From an uncultured Gammaproteobacteria bacterium (lineage in GTDB: Bacteria > Patescibacteriota > Microgenomatia > Levybacterales > GWA1-39-11): 64,000 nt of DNA. The stretch's first letter is position 1; each line of letters opens with the position of its first letter. Location: contig CAZDED010000003.1 of the NCBI GenBank assembly GCA_964504535.1, forward strand, positions 70,850 to 134,849, in the 5' to 3' direction. The translations under genes and the position numbers were made by a program. The notes below the pieces were generated by a model. The model saw nothing but the letters and a program-made list of their open reading frames with translations, had not been told where the DNA came from and did no database searches. Shown piece by piece: positions 39,663 through 48,132 of the stretch.

Positions 39663-40223
39663 ATGGATGCCAAAAAAACAAATCTTACACCTGAGTTAAA
39701 AGAAATTTACGATAGAGTCATGAATACATCTGGTGCCAAGGCGGCAGCAACAGCTGGCACTACCCCACCACTACCCACTTCAGCCCCATCAGAACAGATT
39801 CCAACAGGTTCTTCTCAACCCGCGATGCCTGTCGGAGCATCTCCTGCCTCAATGCCAGGAATGCCTCCACCCCCAGTACCTCCATCCCTTAGCATGCCTC
39901 CCACACCAGTAGCACCTGTCGGAGCACCGGAACAACCTTCATCACTTCCCCCAATGAGTGGAATGCCTTCTATGGACAGTACGGCAGAACAAGCACTTAG
40001 TAGTACTCCAGCAAGACCAGTGAGCGAGGGTAATACTTTTTCATTTAGCGGTACTGCTCATCAACGCCCTACTGCTCCAGCAGTTCCAGGAGCGACACCA
40101 GCTGCAACGACAACAAAAAAGAAATCAAAAATTTCTCTACCGGTTCTTATTGTTCTAGGACTTGTATTTATAATCGTCTGGGGACTCTTCTGGGCAATTA
40201 TCTTTGGCTTTATTAAACGTTAG
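39663..40223 (+). CDS. Pro-rich disordered protein with C-terminal TM anchor
   Basis: LKEIYDRVM N-terminal motif, Pro/Ser linker, KKK plus TM. Confidence 0.8.
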   Translation: MDAKKTNLTPELKEIYDRVMNTSGAKAAATAGTTPPLPTSAPSEQIPTGSSQPAMPVGASPASMPGMPPPPVPPSLSMPPTPVAPVGAPEQPSSLPPMSGMPSMDSTAEQALSSTPARPVSEGNTFSFSGTAHQRPTAPAVPGATPAATTTKKKSKISLPVLIVLGLVFIIVWGLFWAIIFGFIKR

Positions 40224-40231
40224 TTGACGGG

Positions 40232-41464
40232 TTAACGCATTAACGAGTATAAGAGTTCGTCTTTGGATACGATTGAAACCTCATTTTCGGTTCTTTTTTT
40301 AACTTCTACCATTCCTTCTTCAAGCTTTCCGGACAAAACAACGCGGGTTGGAATACCCAACAAATCACAATCTCCAAATTTTTCTCCAGGATTTTTATCC
40401 CTGTCATCATAAAGAACACGTATGCCCTTTTGCTTTAGATCTTCATACAAATCGTTTGTCTCCTCATTTTTTCCGATAGATATTACGTACACTTGAAAGG
40501 GTGCGACCTCTTCTGGCCAAATGATCCCCCGCTCATCATTAAATTTCTCAACAATGACTCCCATCGCTCTTGAAATCCCTATTCCATAACAACCCATGAC
40601 TGGATATTGCTTTTGTCCATCTCTGTCCAAAAAGCCCAATTCAAAATCTTTCCCGTACTTTTGTCCAAGATCAAAAACATTACCGACTTCAGAAGCCCTA
40701 GCCTTTAATAAGTTAGATTCATTACACCGTGGGCATGTATCTCTCTCATTTTTCCCTTCAGCTACTTCGATATTTACACAGTAATCACATTTTTCACAAT
40801 ACAAAATGTCATCCTCTCCTGCATCAGTTAAGACCATAAATTCATATGAGATTTTTTTACTAAAACTTCCTCCCGATGCCTCTGTTACTTTTGCAGTAAG
40901 CCCGAGTCTTTTATATATCTTTAGATATGCTTCTTTTACTTCTTGGTAAAACCTGTCAAAATCCTCCTGATTCTCATGGAATGAATACATGTCTTTCATA
41001 AAAAATTCTCTTCCCCGCAAAATCCCCGATTTTGCTCTCAACTCATCTCTATATTTCCAGTGGATTTGATAGACAGCTACCGGCAAATCTTTGTAGGTGT
41101 TAACTCGAGACATAACAAGTGGAGTCACTACTTCTTCCTCGCTTTGTCCGAGAGCATAATCCTTTTCTGTTCTCGATTTAATCTTGAATAAAACGTCGAT
41201 ACTGTCCCACCCTCCAGTCGTTTTCCAGACATCACTGGGGTGCAGTATCGGCATGAGTATCTCAGAGCCACCGACATTATCCATTTCTTCCCTGACAATT
41301 TGTTCTATGTTACGAAGCACTTTCAGTCCTAATGGGAGATACGAGAATACTCCTGCCATAAGCTGGTCTACATAGCCTGCCTGGACTAGAAGTTTGTGGT
41401 TGGTTGTTTCTGCCTCTTTAGGAGCTTCTCTAAGAGTTGAAACGAAAAGTTGAGAATATTTCAT
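40232..41464 (-). CDS. proS: Proline-tRNA ligase (no editing domain)
   Basis: KYRDELR..GILRGREF.MKD.YSF, MGCYGIG.SR. Confidence 0.96.
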   Translation of the reverse strand: MKYSQLFVSTLREAPKEAETTNHKLLVQAGYVDQLMAGVFSYLPLGLKVLRNIEQIVREEMDNVGGSEILMPILHPSDVWKTTGGWDSIDVLFKIKSRTEKDYALGQSEEEVVTPLVMSRVNTYKDLPVAVYQIHWKYRDELRAKSGILRGREFFMKDMYSFHENQEDFDRFYQEVKEAYLKIYKRLGLTAKVTEASGGSFSKKISYEFMVLTDAGEDDILYCEKCDYCVNIEVAEGKNERDTCPRCNESNLLKARASEVGNVFDLGQKYGKDFELGFLDRDGQKQYPVMGCYGIGISRAMGVIVEKFNDERGIIWPEEVAPFQVYVISIGKNEETNDLYEDLKQKGIRVLYDDRDKNPGEKFGDCDLLGIPTRVVLSGKLEEGMVEVKKRTENEVSIVSKDELLYSLMR

Positions 41465-41470
41465 AGTTTA

Positions 41471-41490
41471 TCCTGAGCGAAGTCGAAGGA
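41471..41490. repeat. Short imperfect palindrome TCCTGAGCGAAGTCGAAGGA (REP-like) in proS leader
   Basis: TCCT..AGGA-closed stem; single copy in window. Confidence 0.45.
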
Positions 41491-41520
41491 CATGAGGATA
41501 GTATATCAAAGAAAGTTGAA

Positions 41521-42216
41521 TTAGGCAGCTGTTAGCATTCCGTTTTTCTGAAGGTACTCCATCATTTTTACTACATTTCTTTCATCTGTCTCCTCTTCTT
41601 CCTGTTCTTTATACTCCTTCGGTTCCAATTTCTCCAATGCTTCGGGATCTGCAATAGATTGCATAAAGGTTCCAACAAGTTTTATAAGAAAAAGAAACAT
41701 ACTCCCCTTTTTCTTTTTGCTTTTTTCTTCTTTTGCAAATTTATACATCAAAATAATCATGTCAAAGAAGTCTTTTGCATTCATCCGAATCTCTTGTGGC
41801 AATTGGTCTAATTTGTCCGCTATTACTTTTGTGGTATCGATAAGCGTGTCGACTTTCTCCTCTAAAATCACGAATTCTTCATGTGTGATCATTTCATCCT
41901 CAAACTCTTCATCCTCTTGTAATTCGGCTTCTTGCACCTCAATTTCACTTGAAACTTCCTCGTCTTCAAATTCACCGTCAGCAATTTTTTCTAAAATATC
42001 TTCAAATCCTTCCCCGTTTTTCTGAGCATTCTCTAAAAGTGTGTCAATTGTATGGGATTCTGTTCGCATCTCGTCATTGCGAGGAGAATCTGAAGCAATC
42101 TCAAAGACTGCTTCACTATCATTTGTAGTGACAGGAACTGTGTTGATTTCAGCTTCATCAAACGATGTCGTTGCTACAGTAACTCCAGATGTCATTGGCA
42201 TTTCTACAGTTTCCAT
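41521..42216 (-). CDS. Acidic hypothetical protein
   Basis: 231-aa Glu-rich ORF. Confidence 0.7.
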   Translation of the reverse strand: METVEMPMTSGVTVATTSFDEAEINTVPVTTNDSEAVFEIASDSPRNDEMRTESHTIDTLLENAQKNGEGFEDILEKIADGEFEDEEVSSEIEVQEAELQEDEEFEDEMITHEEFVILEEKVDTLIDTTKVIADKLDQLPQEIRMNAKDFFDMIILMYKFAKEEKSKKKKGSMFLFLIKLVGTFMQSIADPEALEKLEPKEYKEQEEEETDERNVVKMMEYLQKNGMLTAA

Positions 42217-42218
42217 AG

Positions 42219-42521
42219 TTAAATGATTCCTCCTTTCAATATTTGTCGTACATTGGTTAGTTTTTCTTCCACGTTTTCTTCTTCATATTCCGGCACTACT
42301 TTAAGAAAACTTTCCCTTATTTCTATGTAGTAAGGAGCAATTTTTGAAATTTCTTGCAGGAAACTCTCAGGATTTTCTGCATTTCGCAAGACTTCCAAAA
42401 ACTCTTTTGCGATTTTTTGCCCTTGCTCTTTGGCGATCTTTTTTCTTTTTAGACTGAAGATCAGATGGAACAAAAGTTCTTTTTCAAAATTTGTTTGTAA
42501 TGTTTTGTATGTCATAATCAA
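42219..42521 (-). CDS. Hypothetical protein
   Basis: ORF coupled to neighbours. Confidence 0.7.
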   Translation of the reverse strand: MIMTYKTLQTNFEKELLFHLIFSLKRKKIAKEQGQKIAKEFLEVLRNAENPESFLQEISKIAPYYIEIRESFLKVVPEYEEENVEEKLTNVRQILKGGII

Positions 42522-42760
42522 CCAGCAAGTTCTGCTATTTTTTCAGATGTTTCTTTTCCGTTGCGCTCTGTTTCTTCTTTTTTCTCATGTGTCGCTTCTA
42601 TTTGTTGCAAAAGAAGATCTAGCGTTCTTGCATCTTCCTCTACCTCATGGAGTTTTAACTCCTCTGATGACGCTGTATTTTCCGCTTCATGAATTCTGTC
42701 TTTTAAACTTACTCCCTCAGCGCTATTCTTTTTTAGGATCTCTGCATTTGTCAGTTTCAT
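42518..42760 (-). CDS. Hypothetical coiled-coil protein
   Basis: 80-aa ORF. Confidence 0.65.
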   Translation of the reverse strand: MKLTNAEILKKNSAEGVSLKDRIHEAENTASSEELKLHEVEEDARTLDLLLQQIEATHEKKEETERNGKETSEKIAELAG

Positions 42761-42870
42761 GATGCTAGTTTATAGCTATAAGTCCATTTGAACTTGATAT
42801 CTATCTCTCAAAAACTTCACAAAAAAAAGACGAATATTGACTTTTTCGCTGTAAAGACTAAACTCATAGT

Positions 42871-43197
42871 ATGAATGTGAGAGAAAATCTTACAAGCGCA
42901 GTTTCAATCGATTTTATTCAGTCAGCTTTACGAAGCAAAACATTTAAGCTAATCTGTGCTGCAGGAATTGTATCATCAGCTTACGATAGTTATGTTGGTA
43001 TCAAAAATCTAGAGGATCATGAATATATGGATACGGCATCATCAGTTATACATGTCGCTACAGAACTCTCTGTAACTGCTGGTCTTATGGGTTTGAGAAA
43101 ACTTGCATCAGATGTCGCAATCACAATAGATGATCCTAATGTTGTTTTTGAGACAATTCTTCCACACCAAGACCCAACAAATAGTGTGGTATCATAA
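42871..43197 (+). CDS. Hypothetical protein
   Basis: TTGACT..TAAACT promoter directly before ATG. Confidence 0.65.
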   Translation: MNVRENLTSAVSIDFIQSALRSKTFKLICAAGIVSSAYDSYVGIKNLEDHEYMDTASSVIHVATELSVTAGLMGLRKLASDVAITIDDPNVVFETILPHQDPTNSVVS

Positions 43198-43201
43198 TCT
43201 C

Positions 43202-43978
43202 ATGGATGAATTCAAAAGAGTCGCTATAGAAGCGGCTAAAGAGGCAGGCGCCCTCGCGCTTGGGCTGTCAGGACAAGAAATCAAATTTCAAGACAAAGGA
43301 CCATATGATATTTTGGCTGAGGCGGATACTAAATCTGAAAGTCTTATCGTCAAAAAGATAAGAGAAAATTTCCCCGACCACGCTATCCTTTCTGAAGAAA
43401 GTGGACAAAATGATATATTTTCCAATTACATGTGGGTTATCGATCCCGTCGATGGAACGATCAACTTTGAAAAACACATCAATGAATATTGTGTCTCAAT
43501 AGCTCTTGAAAAAGATGGAGTACTCGTCCTTGGTGTAATTTATCAAGCAGCCTACAACAAACTTTTTGTCGCTGTTAGGGGTGAAGGAGCAACACTCAAT
43601 AGCAGCAAAATATCCGTTTCAACGGAATTAAATCTTTTGAAAACATTATTTGCGACAGAAAACTCATCAAAAATGGAAACACGGGAAAGTGATTTTGATC
43701 TCTTATATAAAATCCGCGAGAAAGTACGAGGAGTAAGGATTTTTGGAAGCGGTGCCTTGCATTTGGCATCTGTTGCAGAGGGACACTTGGATTTTTACTT
43801 TAAAACAAAATTTAATTACTGGGACATTGCAGCAGGAACCGTCCTCATACGTGAGGCCGGCGGAAAAGTGACTGACTTTGATGGAAATGACCTTGTCCGC
43901 ACTTCACCAAATATCGTAGCTACAAACAATGTACTACACAATCAAGTCCTACAGCTCCTTGCTGATAATAGAGGCTAA
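43202..43978 (+). CDS. suhB: Inositol monophosphatase family protein
   Basis: EE, WVIDPVDGTINF, WDIAAG..EAGG. Confidence 0.88.
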   Translation: MDEFKRVAIEAAKEAGALALGLSGQEIKFQDKGPYDILAEADTKSESLIVKKIRENFPDHAILSEESGQNDIFSNYMWVIDPVDGTINFEKHINEYCVSIALEKDGVLVLGVIYQAAYNKLFVAVRGEGATLNSSKISVSTELNLLKTLFATENSSKMETRESDFDLLYKIREKVRGVRIFGSGALHLASVAEGHLDFYFKTKFNYWDIAAGTVLIREAGGKVTDFDGNDLVRTSPNIVATNNVLHNQVLQLLADNRG

Positions 43979-44848
43979 GGAAATAACTTCTAGTTTTTTG
44001 AATCTTTTTTCAGAACCTACCGGAATACTATCTGTAACAATAATTTTTTTGGCAGCTGATTTTTGTAGTAATTGAGGTGCATTACCTGAAAAGACCGCAT
44101 GAGTTGCGAGTATAAATACATCTTTTGCTCCACCCTCCCGCAAAGCCTTCATCGCACTAAGAACTGTGCCTCCACCAGCAATTTCATCATCAATTATGTA
44201 GCAGTTTGGTGACACCACATCTTTAAATGTTCCTATTTTTATTTTTCCAGTTCTGTGATCTCTCTTTTTCTCGAGTGAAATATATGGAGATCCTGAAAGA
44301 TGATCAGAAAGCGCCATCACTCTTCGAAGTCCTCCCTTGTCAGGACTTACAAGAACTGAATTTTTTGGGTCAAACCCGAGGGATTTTATTTTTTGGGCAA
44401 ACAGTTGAGTAGCAGAAACATTAACTGATTTTACGGAGAACATCTCACTCATTTTAACGGTATGGGGATCGACAAATACCGCTTTTGTAAGCCCTGATGA
44501 TTCAAGAATCTTGATTACAACTTCCAACGGCACTGCCTCTCCATCACCAAACAAATGGTCTCCACGACTGTACGGGAAATGGGGAAAAATACCGGTAATT
44601 GACTTTGCCCCACTTCTTCTTAGTGCATCAATAATAAAAGCTGATTCAACTACGAGGGAATCTACATTTGGAGTAACCGAAACGGTCTTTAAAAAAACTA
44701 CATCCTTGTTAAGGACGGATTGCTTAAGACGAATTCTTCTTTCCCCATCTGAAAAAACGGTAATTTCAGGAAAAATTGGTACAACCGAGAGTGCACGAGC
44801 TATGCCTTCGGAAAGGGGCATGTTCTGTCCATCTCCAAAAAAAACCAT
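43949..44848 (-). CDS. prs: Ribose-phosphate pyrophosphokinase
   Basis: FSDGE, VSPDKGG..R, IIDDEIAGGGT, THAVFS. Confidence 0.93.
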   Translation of the reverse strand: MVFFGDGQNMPLSEGIARALSVVPIFPEITVFSDGERRIRLKQSVLNKDVVFLKTVSVTPNVDSLVVESAFIIDALRRSGAKSITGIFPHFPYSRGDHLFGDGEAVPLEVVIKILESSGLTKAVFVDPHTVKMSEMFSVKSVNVSATQLFAQKIKSLGFDPKNSVLVSPDKGGLRRVMALSDHLSGSPYISLEKKRDHRTGKIKIGTFKDVVSPNCYIIDDEIAGGGTVLSAMKALREGGAKDVFILATHAVFSGNAPQLLQKSAAKKIIVTDSIPVGSEKRFKKLEVISLASIISKEL

Positions 44849-44882
44849 AGGAATTATTACTTCTCAATTTTAAATCACAGCT

Positions 44883-45170
44883 CTACTTGCCTAGTCCAGC
44901 AAGCATTTCCTGGAGTCCGCCTCCCATTTGCTGCATTTTTTGTGCAGATTTTTTCTGTGCACGATCTACTGCTTCATTGAATGCTTCTCGAGCATCCTTC
45001 ATTTCCTCACCATTGATCTCAACAGATTTTACTTTCATATCCCCGGACATGACGACTTTTACTCTTCCCTTTTCAGACTCTACTTCTATCTGTGCGAGTT
45101 CTTTTTGAATAGCATTTGCTTGATCCCGAAGTTTTTTGATCTCTGCTGCTTGTTTGAATGGATTTATCAT
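44883..45170 (-). CDS. ybaB: YbaB/EbfC nucleoid-associated protein
   Basis: Q..L...VE..G.VKV..SG..AFNEA. Confidence 0.9.
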   Translation of the reverse strand: MINPFKQAAEIKKLRDQANAIQKELAQIEVESEKGRVKVVMSGDMKVKSVEINGEEMKDAREAFNEAVDRAQKKSAQKMQQMGGGLQEMLAGLGK

Positions 45171-45246
45171 AAAATACTAACACCTCCTAACTTTATGTGT
45201 AATAGAGTAACAATTTTTCACTTCATGCGCAAGAAGTTATATTAAA

Positions 45247-45816
45247 TTACTTGGAAACATCATGATGGCTTTCTCTCGCTTTCGCATGTCGCGAAGGAGA
45301 AAAACGATCCAAGCCCGACATTGGCTTTGAGAAATGTCCATTTAGGTATCCTTTTGCTTTCGCATGCTCAATAATAACCTCTGCATATGGTCTTAACTCA
45401 CAGGCTCCGAGCAGTTCTTCGGTATTCATCCACCTGAGATCTCCCATGTCAGTTTGTGCCTGAAGAAAGGGGTTTCTTTCAGGATCACCTATCCAACGGA
45501 ATACTGCAACAGCCGCACTTATATCATTCTCTGGATCAACGACTACTGGAGTTTCAATAATACCTAACGTGTGCAACCCGTCTTTTAATTCCATTATATT
45601 TTGGTCTGTTGCAACTTCGGCAAGACTTGCCAACATTAAACCTCGCATATTGGTTCTCTCGAAGGGTTTTACCGTTTCGATGGGCACAGAAATCATGCCT
45701 ACGGCTCTTTTATGAGCGGGCTTATCTTCCATTTCCGTTCCCACCAACATCTGGTCTTTAGTATTTAGAATTATTGTTCCAATACCCTTAATACAACTAA
45801 AGTCGCTTTCTAACAT
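45247..45816 (-). CDS. NUDIX-like hypothetical protein
   Basis: Degenerate NUDIX box, LRW...EEL. Confidence 0.55.
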   Translation of the reverse strand: MLESDFSCIKGIGTIILNTKDQMLVGTEMEDKPAHKRAVGMISVPIETVKPFERTNMRGLMLASLAEVATDQNIMELKDGLHTLGIIETPVVVDPENDISAAVAVFRWIGDPERNPFLQAQTDMGDLRWMNTEELLGACELRPYAEVIIEHAKAKGYLNGHFSKPMSGLDRFSPSRHAKARESHHDVSK

Positions 45817-45817
45817 A

Positions 45818-46594
45818 TTATGTGACAATTGTACCTTTTATTACTTTTCCTTGTAGTACTTCGATTAGTGTGTCCTTTTGCAATCCATTTACGATATATG
45901 TCTTTACCCCCATGCTCGAAATCTCAAGCGCATTTTCAATCTTGTGCTTCATTCCCCCTGTAACATCTGTTCCCCTCGATTCGAATATGTTTTTTTTCAA
46001 CACCTTATAACTTGATTTACTAATTTCAGGTATAGTAACTCCATCTAAATCATAGACGCCATCCGTTATGCCTACTTGTATTACTTTATTTACTCTCACA
46101 TTGTTGTCCTGTAAAAAATCCACCAAATACTTGGTCGAAGTTTCACCTGAAAAAATTGTTGTATTCCAACTTTGATCTAAGATCACGTCCCCATAGAGAA
46201 CAGGTACAAGACCTTGCTTGAGTGCTTCTAATACTGTTGTGAGATTGTGGGATGCGAGTTGTCCTTTTCGGGCAACAAATAAGCTATTTGGTCTAAATGA
46301 AATAGCGGGAATTTTCGCATAGATAAGCTCATCAATCATAATTTGATCTAATGCTTGCGCATCACGTGCCACCTTTGCAACCCCCCACAGTGAGCTATAG
46401 CCTTTTTTTCCACCATACTTTTTCGCACTTGTATGTGCAAAACTTCCCGCACCGTGCACTATAATTACAGGGATATTCGCTTTTTTTATCTCTTTAGCAA
46501 GTTTTTTTATAACCGGCAAATTTAGCGTATAAGGCTTGGATTTATCAGTGATAATTGACCCACCAAGCTTTATAATTGTGATTGTATTTCTCAT
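45818..46594 (-). CDS. Isopentenyl phosphate kinase (amino-acid-kinase family)
   Basis: KLGGS.ITDK, HGAGSFAH, PVLYGD, DVTGGM..K. Confidence 0.88.
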   Translation of the reverse strand: MRNTITIIKLGGSIITDKSKPYTLNLPVIKKLAKEIKKANIPVIIVHGAGSFAHTSAKKYGGKKGYSSLWGVAKVARDAQALDQIMIDELIYAKIPAISFRPNSLFVARKGQLASHNLTTVLEALKQGLVPVLYGDVILDQSWNTTIFSGETSTKYLVDFLQDNNVRVNKVIQVGITDGVYDLDGVTIPEISKSSYKVLKKNIFESRGTDVTGGMKHKIENALEISSMGVKTYIVNGLQKDTLIEVLQGKVIKGTIVT

Positions 46595-46639
46595 TTAGCC
46601 TTTGGGATTATATACTAAAAAAGACACTCTTACAAATAT

Positions 46640-47183
46640 TATGAGCTCATATTACCAGCAAAAACAAATGATTGCCACCTGCGACAAGAATGGAAATATT
46701 ACTGGGGAAGTTGAAAAATGGGAGGCGCATAAAAAAGGAATTTTGCACAGGGCATACACTGTAGCTATTATGCACAAAGGGAAACTTTTGCTCCAGCACA
46801 GAAAACATCCTGCCTTTGGAGGGGTTTTGGATGCAACTATTTCTTCGCATCAACTCGTTATTAACGGAAAACTTGAGGATACTATAGAATCTACAATAAG
46901 GACTCTTGAGCGTGAGTGGAACATCACAAAAAAAGATCTGTTAAAACCTATTAGAAATGACGGGTGGGTATATTACAAAGCAAATGATAAATTTTCGGAT
47001 TTTATTGAGCATGAAGTATGCGATATCTTGATCGCTGAGATCAAATCAATTAAGGAACCGAATTTTGAATTCGCATATGGATATTCTGTCGTTACTCTGG
47101 ACGAATTGCACGACACATCGACGCTACTATACACGACACTCGCTCCATGGGTACAAGTCATGATTCAAAAAAAACTTCTCTAA
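46640..47183 (+). CDS. idi: Isopentenyl-diphosphate isomerase type 1-like (NUDIX fold)
   Basis: K.EAH..G.LHRA, LLQ.R...K, Y.A...EHEVC, PW. Confidence 0.75.
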
Positions 47184-47315
47184 TTTCTAAAAAATAAAGA
47201 TATTTTCTACCTTTAGTAGTATAATCTAGCTAAATTTGAGGACAAACTAGCAGAAATGCTCTCCTAGCACGTTTTCATTTTTTATTTTACTTGCACATTG
47301 AAATTATTGGGAGAA

Positions 47316-47367
47316 GTCATATTCGACAATCAGGTTATATGCTTGTAGTTTGATTGTCGAATATGAC
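47316..47367 (+). other. Perfect 17-bp inverted repeat (long hairpin)
   Basis: GTCATATTCGACAATCA / TGATTGTCGAATATGAC. Confidence 0.9.
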
Positions 47368-47456
47368 ACAGGAGGAAGTGAACTTTGTCTAGGAAAAAGG
47401 AGGTGGCACCACCCCTACCCAACTCGAAGGCTGCCCGCCAGGCTGCGTACAGGAAG

Positions 47457-47531
47457 ATGACGAATTATGCACTGAGCATCGTCTTAGTACTGTACGTTGC
47501 CATCATGGCTACGGGCGCCATCATCAAGTAG
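47457..47531 (+). CDS. Tiny single-TM peptide MTNYALSIVLVLYVAIMATGAIIK (possible longer GTG start at 47403)
   Basis: Manual translation; AGGAAG before ATG. Confidence 0.5.
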   Translation: MTNYALSIVLVLYVAIMATGAIIK

Positions 47532-47679
47532 TCGTCTTCGTCTATGAGGACGTTAAAAATGGCGAAAAGGAGGGCTGGCTAACCGAGCCGCATCATAAGT
47601 GACTGAGGGAGTTGCACGAACACGCCCCGGGTTTTCCCGGGGCAACAGAACCACCCCGCGCAACGGGGGGAGGGAGAAC

Positions 47680-48021
47680 ATGTCACTCTTAAGAATCTTC
47701 GGATCGAAGAAGGCTCCAGCTGCGACCAAGGTCGTAGAAGCGCCTTACGTGCCGAAGAACACGCCGCCGCCTGGCTTCGTGCGCCTTTCCAAACCGGAAG
47801 GTGCAGACGACAAGGATCTTTGCGGAGATTACAACGGCTGGATTTGTCCGCCCGATCCGGATTGCACGATCTGCTTTTACGGCGGGTACATGAAGGTCGA
47901 CAACGACATCCAGGTTTGCGCCTGCCGACGCGCTGACGACAAGGTCAGAGCGAGCACGGCAGCTGCATCTGCAGCTGCAGAATCGCACAAGCTCTCCATG
48001 TCCAAGGGAAGCAAATCCTGA
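47680..48021 (+). CDS. GC-rich hypothetical protein with Cys cluster (possible Zn-binding)
   Basis: GGGAG RBS; C...C..CTIC...CAC. Confidence 0.7.
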   Translation: MSLLRIFGSKKAPAATKVVEAPYVPKNTPPPGFVRLSKPEGADDKDLCGDYNGWICPPDPDCTICFYGGYMKVDNDIQVCACRRADDKVRASTAAASAAAESHKLSMSKGSKS

Positions 48022-48059
48022 AGGCAGTCTTCCAACTCCCAGAGTTCTCTGTGCAAATC

Positions 48060-48091
48060 AGGCCACCTCCACCCAGGAGGTGGCCTTTTTT
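48060..48091 (+). terminator. Rho-independent terminator
   Basis: AGGCCACCTCC-ACCCA-GGAGGTGGCCT plus T-run. Confidence 0.9.
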
Positions 48092-48132
48092 GTATTGTGA
48101 TAAGGACCCCACATCAAGTACAGGGTGACAGT

